Positions 1 through 10,409 of a DNA stretch of 64,000 nucleotides are shown here, piece by piece. The notes beneath the pieces are model-generated. The model was given only the letters and a program-made list of their open reading frames with translations, was not told the DNA's origin and made no database searches. The DNA comes from an uncultured Eubacteriales bacterium (GTDB lineage: Bacteria; Bacillota; Clostridia; Oscillospirales; QAMX01), in contig CAJLFQ010000003.1 of assembly GCA_905205975.1 (NCBI GenBank), forward strand, positions 3,130-67,129, given 5' to 3'. The position numbers and the translations under genes are program-made. Within the stretch, counting starts at the first letter, position 1. Every line of letters begins with the position of its first letter.

Positions 1-1399
1 AATCGAGCCGGATGGAACCGGCGGCCTGCTTCATGACCGGCGTCTGCGCATCGCCGCCCACACGGGAGACGGACAGACCGACGTTGACGGCCGGACGCTG
101 CCCCGCAAAAAAGAGGCTGCTTTCTAAGAAAATCTGTCCGTCGGTAATCGAAATGATGTTGGTCGGGATATATGCGGACACGTCGCCGGCCTGCGTTTCC
201 ACAATCGGCAGCGCCGTCATCGAGCCGCCGCCTAAAACGCCGGACAAATGCGCGGCGCGCTCCAGCAGGCGGGCGTGCAGATAAAAAACGTCGCCCGGAT
301 ACGCTTCGCGCCCGGGGGAACGCCCAAGAAGCAGGCTGATTGTCCGATAGGCGACGGCGTGCTTGGAAAGGTCATCGTAGACGATCAAAACGTCGCGTCC
401 GGCATGCATGAAGTATTCACCCAGCGCGCAGCCTGCATAAGGCGCAATGTATTGCAGCGGTGCCGGATCGCTTGCCGAGGCGCTGACAATGATGGTATCG
501 TCCATGGCGCCGTGCTGACGGAGCGTTTCGGCAATCTGCGCGACGGTGCTTGTTTTCTGCCCGATGGCGACATAAATGCAGACGACGCCTTTGCCCTTCT
601 GGTTCAGGATGGTGTCAATGGCGACTGCGGTTTTCCCGGTTTGACGGTCGCCGATGATCAGTTCGCGCTGCCCGCGGCCGATCGGAAACATCGAGTCGAT
701 GGCCAGAAGGCCGGTTTCCAAAGGCCGGTTGACAGGCTGGCGCTCCACAATGCCGGGCGCGGGTGATTCCATCGGACGGTATCCGTCGGCCTTGACCGGC
801 CGTCCGCCGTCAATCGGAACGCCGAGCGCGTTTACAACCCGGCCGAGGAACTGTTTGCCGACGGGCATTCCGGCGACGCGGCCGGTGCGCTGGACGCGGC
901 TGCCTTCGCAGACCGCCGCTTCATCGTCAAAGAGAATGCAGCCGATTTCGTCGCGCCGGAGATCCTGCACCATCCCGCGGACGCCGCCGGAAAAAAGCAG
1001 GATTTCACCATAGAACGCGTCACGCATACCGGAAACTGTGGCGACGCCGTCTTCAACGGATAAAACGGTTCCGACGGTCTGCACCAGCGGTTCCGGCGTC
1101 CAGTTCTGAATCGTGTCGCGCAGCAGCGGGATCAGACCGGCGTCATCCGCCGGAAGCGCCATGGTATGCAGGCGCGTTTCCAACTGGCTCATCCGGGCGG
1201 ACAGACTCCAGTCAAACACATCGTCGCCGGATTCCAGACGGAATCCGTTGCCGAGCGAGGGATCCTCCACCCAGGTCAGCTCCGGTTCAACGCCGTAACG
1301 GTTCCGCAGAAACGCAGTCAGACGGGCGCGCTGTGCATCGTCCGGCGCGCTGGCGGCACGCAGAATGGCCGGACGTTTCGCGTCATTCGGCCGATCCAT
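1..1399 (-). CDS. atpA: F1 ATP synthase alpha subunit (C-terminus beyond window edge) carrying an in-frame N-terminal ~79-aa delta/OSCP C-terminal-like segment
   Basis: I translated the minus strand from the ATG at 1399: [79 protein letters not shown], then [46 protein letters not shown]. Alpha hallmarks follow: [10 protein letters not shown] (Walker A), [41 protein letters not shown]. The frame has no stop down to base 1. It is absent from the ORF track because it is open at the window edge. Confidence 0.85.
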   Translation of the reverse strand, partial: MDRPNDAKRPAILRAASAPDDAQRARLTAFLRNRYGVEPELTWVEDPSLGNGFRLESGDDVFDWSLSARMSQLETRLHTMALPADDAGLIPLLRDTIQNWTPEPLVQTVGTVLSVEDGVATVSGMRDAFYGEILLFSGGVRGMVQDLRRDEIGCILFDDEAAVCEGSRVQRTGRVAGMPVGKQFLGRVVNALGVPIDGGRPVKADGYRPMESPAPGIVERQPVNRPLETGLLAIDSMFPIGRGQRELIIGDRQTGKTAVAIDTILNQKGKGVVCIYVAIGQKTSTVAQIAETLRQHGAMDDTIIVSASASDPAPLQYIAPYAGCALGEYFMHAGRDVLIVYDDLSKHAVAYRTISLLLGRSPGREAYPGDVFYLHARLLERAAHLSGVLGGGSMTALPIVETQAGDVSAYIPTNIISITDGQIFLESSLFFAGQRPAVNVGLSVSRVGGDAQTPVMKQAAGSIRLD

Positions 1400-1886
1400 G
1401 CGCGTCGCTCCCTTCGGCGGAGTTGAGGAATTGGTCATATACATCGGAAACCGGGCAGTCCACGAGCTTCCGCGTCGCTTCCAGCGAGAGCTCCGTGATT
1501 TCGCTCTGCGCGTCGCGGACAATGCGCTTTTCTTCGCGTGCGGCCGTTTCTTTCGCCTGCGTCACGATCTGTTCCGCCTGTTCTCTGGCGGTTTTCAGCA
1601 GATTGGCCGCCTCTTTTTCCGCTTCGGCGGCAGCGGCGCTTCGGCGGCTTTGAATTTCTTCATCGACGTTTTGCAGCTTGGCTTCATATTCGGCGCACAG
1701 CCGGTCGGCTTCAGCCTGCTTGGCAGCGGCGTCCCGGGCAGCTGTTTCCACCTTTTCGCTGCGTGCATCGAGGTAGCGCTTGACGGGTTTGAACAATAGC
1801 GCATACAGCCCGCCGACCAGCAGCGACAGGTTCAGCGCGTGCAGCAGAATCTGCTGCCAGTCAATGTTCAGCGGCATTTGAAGCAC
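1383..1886 (-). CDS. atpF: F0 ATP synthase subunit b
   Basis: 167 aa with one N-terminal TM helix ([22 protein letters not shown]), followed by a long A/E/K/R-rich helix. It sits between the c subunit and alpha. The next gene's ATG (1399) lies 17 nt inside its 3' end. Confidence 0.85.
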   Translation of the reverse strand: MLQMPLNIDWQQILLHALNLSLLVGGLYALLFKPVKRYLDARSEKVETAARDAAAKQAEADRLCAEYEAKLQNVDEEIQSRRSAAAAEAEKEAANLLKTAREQAEQIVTQAKETAAREEKRIVRDAQSEITELSLEATRKLVDCPVSDVYDQFLNSAEGSDAHGSAE

Positions 1887-1891
1887 CCTCC

Positions 1892-2269
1892 TTACAGCAC
1901 GAAGATGATCAGAATGGCGACGATCAACGCGTAAATGATAGCGGTTTCAATGAAAACCAGACCCAGCATCAGACTGGCGCGGATTTTGTCGGCTGCCTCC
2001 GGCTGACGGGAGATCCCCTCATTGGCTTTGGCGATGGTATGTGCCATGGAAATCGCGCCTGCGACACAGGCGGCGGTGATGACGGCGCCCGCGGCAACGG
2101 CTTTCACCGTGGAACCGCCTGCGCTTTCCGATTCGTCAGATGCTGCGGCTGCGGGCGCAGCGTCGTCTGCCGCATAGGCGGCGACGCCCGGCAGCGCCGT
2201 GAGGAGAACGAGCGCCATCAGGGCGCAGAGTGTGATTCTGCCAAAAAATGTGCCAAAAAACTTTCTCAT
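1892..2269 (-). CDS. atpE: F0 ATP synthase subunit c with N-terminal signal-peptide-like extension
   Basis: I chose the internal Met of track ORF 1892..2599 (MRKFFGTFFGRITLCALMALVLLTALPGVAAYAADD...). The C-terminal 75 aa form a classic c-subunit hairpin (ISRQPEA loop; carboxylate in LVFIETAIIYALIVAILIIFVL). The ATG at 2269 overlaps the atpB stop (ATGA). Confidence 0.8.
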   Translation of the reverse strand: MRKFFGTFFGRITLCALMALVLLTALPGVAAYAADDAAPAAAASDESESAGGSTVKAVAAGAVITAACVAGAISMAHTIAKANEGISRQPEAADKIRASLMLGLVFIETAIIYALIVAILIIFVL

Positions 2270-3108
2270 TGCTTTTCTTCGACCTTTCGTGTCTGTTTTT
2301 TCTTTTTGGCCGACGGTTCGGAAACTTCTCCATAGAAAACAGCCGTCAGCATGGTTAAAACGTATGTCTGAATGATGGCGTGCAGCAGCGTGAACAGCAC
2401 GGCGACCAGCACTGGCAGGACAAAGCTGAGCTGCAAAGACGCATAGACCAGCTCTGTGACAAGCAGACCGCTGAGCATGGCGCCGAAAAGGCGGAAGCTC
2501 ATGGAAATCGGCAGAGAGAATTCTTTCAGCGCGCTGCCGAGGCCGCGGAAACCGTTGCCGGTGATGCCGCCGGAAAGAATGACCAAAAACGAAATGCACC
2601 CGACGGCGATGGCGCCGTTGATGTCGGAGATCGGCGCCGGCATGGAGATGGAACGGCCGGCTGTCGTCGCGACCTGCCAGCCGAACAGCTCAAAACAGGT
2701 CCCGAAAAAGATGTAAACGCCGACGCCGAAAAGATAAGCACCGAGAAAGCCGTTCTGGTGCGGGCTGTTTTTGCGCGCCAGATCGTCAAAATAGCCGACA
2801 AGCGCCTCTAAAAACTTCTGCATCCGGCCGGGATGGTCCTGAAACCGCGGAATGACAAAGATCCGCATGACCGCGGCAAATGCGAGCAGGAGCCCCGTCA
2901 CCGTAAAGGCTGAAATCAGCCCGGGGTTGACCGTGAAATCGCCGAAAAGGCGGATTCTGTTTTTCTCGTGCAGAACCGCATCCCGCATGACTTCGCGGAT
3001 GGATTCACCACCGGAACGATCCGGTGCCGTCAGAAAAATGCCGGCTAATAAGAGCATGATCCAGATACAAAAGCCGAGCAGGATCCATTTTTTGTTTTTT
3101 TGCTTCAA
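2266..3108 (-). CDS. atpB: F0 ATP synthase subunit a
   Basis: The C-terminal region is typical of subunit a (SFRLFGAMLSGLLV...LLHAIIQTYVLTMLTAVFYGE). I placed the start at TTG 3108, preceded by GAAGGGA. The track ORF extends to 3207, but that extra N-terminus is non-hydrophobic and lacks an SD. Confidence 0.75.
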   Translation of the reverse strand: MKQKNKKWILLGFCIWIMLLLAGIFLTAPDRSGGESIREVMRDAVLHEKNRIRLFGDFTVNPGLISAFTVTGLLLAFAAVMRIFVIPRFQDHPGRMQKFLEALVGYFDDLARKNSPHQNGFLGAYLFGVGVYIFFGTCFELFGWQVATTAGRSISMPAPISDINGAIAVGCISFLVILSGGITGNGFRGLGSALKEFSLPISMSFRLFGAMLSGLLVTELVYASLQLSFVLPVLVAVLFTLLHAIIQTYVLTMLTAVFYGEVSEPSAKKKKQTRKVEEKQ

Positions 3109-3429
3109 AATCGTCCCTTCTTTTCCGAGGCGGCTGCCTCTGTCTGCCGGACGGAACCGACGGAAAAACAAATCTGCGGTGCTGCCGGAATCCCATTTGG
3201 GTTTCAAAGATTATAGCCCTTTCCGGGAAAAACGTCAATGGTTGAACCTGCTGAATTTGAAGCGGCGGCCGGGCAGCTCATTTGGATGACATCGCCGAAA
3301 AACGGCTGTGTGCGGCGGGTAATCTTGCGGTTTCTGCCGAAATCGGCTTGCGGCCGGGCGCAGTAGAGTTGTGCCGGGCGGACGCATGCGCCAGAAAAGG
3401 CAAACCCGGGCGAAACGCCGGAAACACGC

Positions 3430-3458
3430 TTGACTTCCCATATCATTTATAGTATAAT
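3430..3458 (+). promoter_or_regulatory. sigma-A type promoter for the Crp/Fnr gene
   Basis: TTGACT, a 17-nt spacer, then TATAAT (cttgacttcccatatcatttatagtataatg), about 50 nt upstream of the TTG start at 3506. Confidence 0.6.
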
Positions 3459-3505
3459 GCAGCTGAAGTTCAGTTGTCTCGGCGACAGATCAGGAGGTCT
3501 TCTTT

Positions 3506-4180
3506 TTGCAGCGCAGTGATTTGCCGGTTCTCCGGCGCATCGATCCGGAAACGCTCAGCGAAATGGAAACGAGCGGCGGTGTCACATGCCGCCGGTACAC
3601 ACGCGGCAGTCTGATTCTGCACACCGGCGACCTCGTACATGAACTCGGCGTGGTTCTCCATGGCTGCGTCATGATAGAAAGTTTGGATTTGCTGGGCAAC
3701 CGCAGCATTGTCAATTTCATCCCGGCCGGACAGTGTTTTGCGGAAACATACGCCCTGTGCGGGGAGCCGCTGATGGTTGACGCGGTCTGTGCAGAGGATG
3801 CGGAAATTCTGTTTCTGGATCTCACCGCAGTCATGTGCGAACGCAACCGGCGGAAACCATGGTATCCGGCCTTTATGAGCGAACTGCTGACCATGACGGC
3901 GCAGAAAAATCTGGCGCTGTTCGACCGGATTTTCTGCACGACGCCGAAAGGCATCCGCGCCCGGCTGCTGACGTATTTGTCGGGGCAGGCGGTGCGCGCG
4001 AAAGCGGCGTCATTCTCCATCCCCTTCAACCGTCAGGAACTGGCGGATTATCTGAATCTGGATCGGAGTGCACTCTCCAAAGAGCTGTGCAAAATGCGCG
4101 ATGAAGGCATTCTCCGCTTTCGAAAGAATCACTTTGTCCTGCTGAAGCCGGAACGCCCGTGCGGCGGACAGAACGACTGA
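3506..4180 (+). CDS. Crp/Fnr family transcriptional regulator
   Basis: 224 aa with an N-terminal cNMP-binding-like beta-roll and a C-terminal HTH (NRQELADYLNLDRSALSKELCKMRDEGIL). TTG start lies 8 nt after GGAGG. Confidence 0.8.
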   Translation: MQRSDLPVLRRIDPETLSEMETSGGVTCRRYTRGSLILHTGDLVHELGVVLHGCVMIESLDLLGNRSIVNFIPAGQCFAETYALCGEPLMVDAVCAEDAEILFLDLTAVMCERNRRKPWYPAFMSELLTMTAQKNLALFDRIFCTTPKGIRARLLTYLSGQAVRAKAASFSIPFNRQELADYLNLDRSALSKELCKMRDEGILRFRKNHFVLLKPERPCGGQND

Positions 4181-4349
4181 AGATCGAATCCGGCCGGACC
4201 AGATGGCCGAAAACGGGCGGAACAAATCAAACATACCGGCGTGTACTTCCTTGGGAAAACTGCTGAATTTCACGCGGCGATCTTGACAGCATCCGGCACA
4301 TCCGATATAATATATCAAATATAGCCCTGAAAATGCGATAAAGGAGTGA

Positions 4350-5828
<1,479 letters not shown>

Positions 5829-5927
5829 CCGCATTTCCGCTCCGGCTGCGTAAATCCGGGCGGAACGGAGCCAACGTTTGAGCGTATTGAGCATATTGAA
5901 CGCATTGATTGAAAGGGCTGTTGCACC

Positions 5928-6734
5928 GTGAAGGTCAGTTTTTCAACGCTCGGCTGTCCGAATTGGACGCTGAACGAAATTTTAGCCGCTGCAAAAGATC
6001 TCGGATACGACGGGATTGAACTGCGCGGCCTGGGCGAAGACATCTATCTGCCGGACGCAAAATTGTTTACCGAAGGCTGCGGCCGGATCTGTGCTGAGCT
6101 TTCCGCGCGCGGCCTGTTCATCCCCTGCATTTCCACCGACTGCACGCTGCAGGAAGCCGATGAGGCCATTCTGGCGCAGACCCGCGCCTATATCGACCTT
6201 GCCGCGAAACTGCACGCGCCGTATATCCGCGTGCTGGGCGATACAGCGCCGGAACCGGGCGAAAACGTTGATACGGAACGCGTGACAGAGCGTTTGATCC
6301 GGCTTGCGCCGGAAGCCGCGGAAAAAGGCGTGACCATGCTGCTGGAATCCAACGGCGTCTACGCCGATACAAAACTGCTGGCGGAAACGCTTCACCGCGT
6401 CAACCATCCGGCGGTTGCCGCGCTGTGGGATATCAACCACCCGGTTCGCTACGCCAACGAAACGCCGGAAGAGACCTATGCCAACATCGGTCCATACGTC
6501 CGCCACATCCATGTGAAAGACACGGCAGTCGATGAAAACGGTCAGATCGTCTACAAAATGCTCGGCTACGGCACGCTGCCGCTCAAAGAGGCGTTTGCCC
6601 TGCTGAAGCGCGACGGATTTACCGGCTGCATCTCGCTCGAATGGACGAAACGCTGGCACAATGAACTGGAAGACGCGGGCATCGTGTTTTCCCACTTCAT
6701 CTATGCCGTCCGCAAACTCTGGCAGAGCGTCTGA
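5928..6734 (+). CDS. sugar phosphate isomerase/epimerase (xylose isomerase-like TIM barrel)
   Basis: 268 aa. MKVSFSTLGCPNWTLNEILAAAKDLGYDGIELRG and the later HIHVKD motif are typical of the AP endonuclease 2 / TIM-barrel family. Confidence 0.75.
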   Translation: MKVSFSTLGCPNWTLNEILAAAKDLGYDGIELRGLGEDIYLPDAKLFTEGCGRICAELSARGLFIPCISTDCTLQEADEAILAQTRAYIDLAAKLHAPYIRVLGDTAPEPGENVDTERVTERLIRLAPEAAEKGVTMLLESNGVYADTKLLAETLHRVNHPAVAALWDINHPVRYANETPEETYANIGPYVRHIHVKDTAVDENGQIVYKMLGYGTLPLKEAFALLKRDGFTGCISLEWTKRWHNELEDAGIVFSHFIYAVRKLWQSV

Positions 6735-6780
6735 CCTGCCAAACCATCCGAATCTGAAACCCAAACCGAAAACACGCGCA

Positions 6781-6819
6781 AAGAGCCTTTTCGTTCTATC
6801 CGGCGAAAAGGCTCTTTTT
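6781..6819 (+). terminator. intrinsic terminator
   Basis: 13-bp stem AAGAGCCTTTTCG / CGAAAAGGCTCTT followed by a T-run. Confidence 0.75.
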
Positions 6820-6876
6820 CGGTTTGCGGTGAACCGGCCGGCAGTGAAAATGTTTTTCCACACCGCCCAAAAGCGC

Positions 6877-6905
6877 TTGACAAACGCCGCGCGCTGTGGT
6901 AAAAT
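6877..6905 (+). promoter_or_regulatory. sigma-A promoter of metY operon
   Basis: TTGACA (6877-6882), 17-nt spacer, TGgTAAAAT extended -10 (6897-6905). Confidence 0.65.
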
Positions 6906-7085
6906 AAAACCAACCTACTAAGTTGGTGTGTAAAGAATCGAAGCAAAAGGGAGGCATTCGCATGACCAATGATTTTGAAGCGCTCGTTCGTGCGAATTTC
7001 CGGTTTGGCCGAATGTGACAGGGGAGAAAGAACCATGCGGAAGCAATCCCCCCAAAAAAACGAAGATAAGAAAGAGGTCATCCCA

Positions 7086-8366
7086 ATGCAGCCCTATCAT
7101 TTTGAAACGCTTCAGCTCCACGTCGGCCAGGAAACGGCCGATCCGGCGACCGACGCCAGAGCGGTGCCGATTTATGCAACCACGTCTTATGTGTTCCACA
7201 ACGCACAGCATGCGTCGGACCGCTTTGCCCTGCGCGATGCCGGCAATATTTACGGCCGCCTGACAAATACCACACAGGATGTTTTTGAAAAGCGCATTGC
7301 CGCCCTGGAAGGCGGTACGGCTGCGCTGGCAGTCGCCTCCGGCGCAGCTGCCATCACCTACACGATTGAAGCGCTTGCACAGCAGGGCGATCACATCGTC
7401 GCCCAGAAAACGGTCTATGGCGGCACCTACAACCTGCTGGCGCATACGCTGGCGTCATTCGGCGTACAGACGACGTTTGTCAACGCGCATGACCTTGCCG
7501 AAGTCGAAAACGCCATCCGCCCGGAAACAAAAGCGGTCTATCTGGAAACGCTTGGCAACCCGAACAGCGACATCCCGGATATCGACGCCATCGCAGCGAC
7601 TGCCCACCGGCATGGTCTTCCCGTCGTCGTCGACAATACGTTCGGCACGCCGTATTGGATCCGTCCCATCGAGCACGGCGCAGACATCGTCGTACATTCT
7701 GCCACGAAATTCATCGGCGGCCACGGAACGACGCTGGGCGGCGTCATCATCGATTCCGGCCGCTTTGACTGGCAGGCGAGCGGCCGTTACCCGCAGATTG
7801 CGGCGCCGAATCCGAGCTATCACGGCGTTTCCTTTGCGGAAGCCGCCGGTCCGGCCGCATTTGTCACCTACGTCCGCGCCATTCTGCTGCGAGATCAGGG
7901 CGCTGCCATTTCGCCGTTTGCCGCCTTCCTGCTCCTTCAGGGGACGGAGACGCTTTCGCTCCGCCTCGACCGCCATGCAGAAAACACGAAGCGTGTTGTG
8001 ACGTTTTTAAACGGGCATCCCAAAGTGGAGCGGGTAAATCATCCCTCGCTGCCGGATCATCCGGATCACGCCCTGTATGCACGCTATTTCCCCAACGGCG
8101 GCGCCAGCATCTTTACATTTGAGATCAAAGGCGGTCAACCGGCGGCCTTCCGGTTTATCGATCACCTGCGTCTCTTCTCCCTGCTGGCCAATGTGGCGGA
8201 TGTCAAATCGCTCGTGATCCATCCGGCGACGACCACGCATGCCCAGCTCTCCGAGGCGGAGCTGGCCGATCAGGGCATTACGCCGTCCACGGTGCGGCTC
8301 TCCATCGGCACCGAACACATTGACGACTTGCTGGCGGATCTCGAAGCGGGTTTCGCAGCGGTTTGA
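7086..8366 (+). CDS. metY: O-acetylhomoserine (thiol)-lyase / sulfhydrylase, PLP-dependent
   Basis: HFETLQLHVGQ, PIYATTSYVF, and the PLP lysine region HSATKFIGGHGT. I chose the start at 7086 (AAAGAGG 8 nt upstream). An alternative ATG at 7035 also has an SD. The track ORF begins at 6969. Confidence 0.9.
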   Translation: MQPYHFETLQLHVGQETADPATDARAVPIYATTSYVFHNAQHASDRFALRDAGNIYGRLTNTTQDVFEKRIAALEGGTAALAVASGAAAITYTIEALAQQGDHIVAQKTVYGGTYNLLAHTLASFGVQTTFVNAHDLAEVENAIRPETKAVYLETLGNPNSDIPDIDAIAATAHRHGLPVVVDNTFGTPYWIRPIEHGADIVVHSATKFIGGHGTTLGGVIIDSGRFDWQASGRYPQIAAPNPSYHGVSFAEAAGPAAFVTYVRAILLRDQGAAISPFAAFLLLQGTETLSLRLDRHAENTKRVVTFLNGHPKVERVNHPSLPDHPDHALYARYFPNGGASIFTFEIKGGQPAAFRFIDHLRLFSLLANVADVKSLVIHPATTTHAQLSEAELADQGITPSTVRLSIGTEHIDDLLADLEAGFAAV

Positions 8367-8383
8367 ACCGGGAGGAAAACGAT

Positions 8384-8806
8384 ATGATCTCAACGCGCGG
8401 GCGATATGCCGTCCGGATTCTGCTGGATCTGGCCGAACACGCAGACGGCGCCCTCATTCCCATGAAGGAAGTCGCCGCCCGGCAGGGGATTTCGCTCAAA
8501 TACATCGAGCGCATCATGCCGGCGCTCCGAAACAGCGGGCTGATCGAAAGCACGCACGGCATCGGCGGCGGGTACCGCCTTGCGAAACCGCCGGAAACGG
8601 TTACGCTGTGGGAGATCCTCTCACTGGCGGAATGGGGTCTGGCGCCTGGCGCCTGCCTGGAAACCGGTGCGGAGCCCTGCGGCCGCGCGCCGATCTGCAA
8701 AACGCTTCCGGTTTGGCAGGGCTATTACGCGCTGACGAAGGACTATTTTTCCAACCTGACGCTGGCCGACCTTCTGAAGCAGCCGGAGTCGGGAGAAACA
8801 ATATAA
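8384..8806 (+). CDS. Rrf2 family transcriptional regulator (IscR/CymR-like)
   Basis: MISTRGRYAVRILLDLA... winged HTH. C-terminal part has Cys residues (ACLETGAEPCGRAPIC). ATG lies 6 nt after GGAGGAA, 17 nt after the metY stop. Confidence 0.85.
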   Translation: MISTRGRYAVRILLDLAEHADGALIPMKEVAARQGISLKYIERIMPALRNSGLIESTHGIGGGYRLAKPPETVTLWEILSLAEWGLAPGACLETGAEPCGRAPICKTLPVWQGYYALTKDYFSNLTLADLLKQPESGETI

Positions 8807-8946
8807 AATCCGTGCCACTGCTGAAATACAGACGAAAACCGCCTCTGCTTTCCCAGAAAAAGGAAAACAAAGGCGGTTTTCGATTCTGACATGGGATCAT
8901 CCAATGAATGACAGACCGTGAACAGCAGACCGAACGGAACGCGCAG

Positions 8947-10098
8947 CTACATGCCGAAAAGCGCTTCGGCTTTTTTCATACTTTGAATGACGTCCACATG
9001 GAAGGGGCAGCGCTGCTGACAGCCGCCGCATGCAATGCAGTCCGAAGCATGTTTTTCCAGATTCCGGTAATGCTCTGCGATAGAGGCCGGCACGCGATCC
9101 TGCGTTGCGGCCAAATCGTAGAACTTGTTGACCATGGCAATGTGAATGCCGGCCGGACAGGGCTGACAATGGTTGCAGTATGTACACATATTCCGGTACG
9201 GATGGTGTGCGGCGGCAGCAAGCACCGACGCATAATCCTTTTCTTCTTCCGTGGCCGTTTCATAGGCGACGGAAGCGTCAACCTGATCCGGATTGCTGTA
9301 TCCAACCAGAACCGAAGCGACGGCGGGACGCGTCAGCGCATAATGCAGACATTGTACCGGGGTCAGGGCAACGCCGAACGGGGAACGAGCCGCGTCGAAC
9401 AAACGGCCGCTGGCATATCCCTTCATGACGGTGATTCCGACGGATTCCCGTTCACACAGCGCATAGAGCGATGCGCGGTCCGGATGGATGCCGCCGAGCG
9501 CGGGATCGAACGACTCGGAACGGTAGTCTTCCATTTCTTCACTGGCCGGAAGCATGTCAAAAATGGGGTTCACGGAAAAAAGAATCATTTCCACCAGACC
9601 GGCCTGAATTGCCTGAACGGCAATGCGGGGATTGTGGGTGGACATGCCGATGTGGCGGATGGTGCCGTTGGCGCGGAGCTTCTGGACGTATGTGAGGAAA
9701 TCGGAAGCCAGAATATGATCCCAGTCGGCCTGCTCATCGCAATAGTGAATCATGCCGAGGTCGAAATAATCGGCGTGAAAACGGCGCAGTTCATCTTCAA
9801 AAGCCGGGATCACGTCTTTTAGATTGCGGGAACGGACATATTGACCGTTTTGCCATGTGGAGCCGATATGCCCCTGCACGATCCACTGTGTGCGGCAGTC
9901 GCGAATGGAGTCACCCAAATTGCTGCGGACGTCCGGGTCGCTCATCCAACAGTCGCAAATGTTGATGCCGTGTTCCATGCAGCGCCGTGCCAGCGCCTGT
10001 CCCTCTGCACGGGTTTTTCCCTCCAGCCATTCCGGGCCGTAGCCGATTTCGGATACCATCAACCCGGTTTTGCCAAGCGGCCGGTATTGCATAGCCAA
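8947..10098 (-). CDS. aldo/keto reductase with C-terminal 4Fe-4S ferredoxin-type domain
   Basis: 383 aa. AKR N-terminus (YRPLGKTGLMVSEIGYG) plus C-terminal Cys clusters CNHCQPCPAG and CIACGGCQQRCP. Confidence 0.8.
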   Translation of the reverse strand: MAMQYRPLGKTGLMVSEIGYGPEWLEGKTRAEGQALARRCMEHGINICDCWMSDPDVRSNLGDSIRDCRTQWIVQGHIGSTWQNGQYVRSRNLKDVIPAFEDELRRFHADYFDLGMIHYCDEQADWDHILASDFLTYVQKLRANGTIRHIGMSTHNPRIAVQAIQAGLVEMILFSVNPIFDMLPASEEMEDYRSESFDPALGGIHPDRASLYALCERESVGITVMKGYASGRLFDAARSPFGVALTPVQCLHYALTRPAVASVLVGYSNPDQVDASVAYETATEEEKDYASVLAAAAHHPYRNMCTYCNHCQPCPAGIHIAMVNKFYDLAATQDRVPASIAEHYRNLEKHASDCIACGGCQQRCPFHVDVIQSMKKAEALFGM

Positions 10099-10266
10099 TC
10101 ATCCTTTCTGCCTCGTCAATTCTGTTTTTGACGACAGGTTCTCCTCAATATCATATCGTTTTTTGCCGGAAAAGTCAAGCGGCAGCCATGCTGAAAACGA
10201 CAGCGTTTCAGACGCATATGCTGAAAAAGACAAAAGAAAAAGCGGTGGAATCCAATTCCACCGCTT

Positions 10267-10343
10267 TGGTCGGAGTGTCGGGATTCGAACCCGAGGCCTC
10301 TTGGTCCCGAACCAAGCGCGATACCAAACTTCGCCACACCCCG
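10267..10343 (-). tRNA. tRNA-Pro (anticodon CGG), CCA encoded
   Basis: Minus-strand read: CGGGGTGTGGCGAAGTTTGGTATCGCGCTTGGTTCGGGACCAAGAGGCCTCGGGTTCGAATCCCGACACTCCGACCA. It has a 7-bp acceptor stem, anticodon stem CTTGG/CCAAG with loop TTCGGGA, and T-arm GGTTCGAATCC. A downstream hairpin plus T-run lies at about 10236-10266. An upstream TTGACA-17-TGTATCAT promoter lies at about 10375-10405. Confidence 0.92.
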
Positions 10344-10409
10344 ATCGGAGCACTCAAAACGCCCCGCGTTTCAAGCACTCCAATATGATACACTATTTGA
10401 CGCCATTTG

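Noticed and set aside
1892-2120. A possible Na+-binding signature in the c subunit (E-T-x-x-x-Y in helix 2).
   Set aside because: The helix-1 Gln that completes the known Na+ site is not present at the aligned position (AISMAHTIAKANEG). The evidence is insufficient to call Na+ specificity.
3204-3446. ORFs of 80 and 68 aa upstream of atpB as candidate atpI/atpZ.
   Set aside because: The translations are hydrophilic and Arg/Pro-rich with no TM helices, and there is no SD. They are likely non-coding leader or promoter region shared with the divergent crp-like gene.
6900-7086. A possible S-box (SAM-I) riboswitch or T-box upstream of metY.
   Set aside because: I could not find the S-box core (..GAGGGA..GGCCC..GCAACC..) or the T-box GGGTGGTACCGCG motif. 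No terminator/antiterminator pair is evident.
10267-10343. tRNA-Pro as the boundary of an integrated element or genomic island.
   Set aside because: There is no integrase or recombinase, no direct repeat of the tRNA 3' end that I could see, and no compositional break. The flanking genes are ordinary metabolic and regulatory genes.
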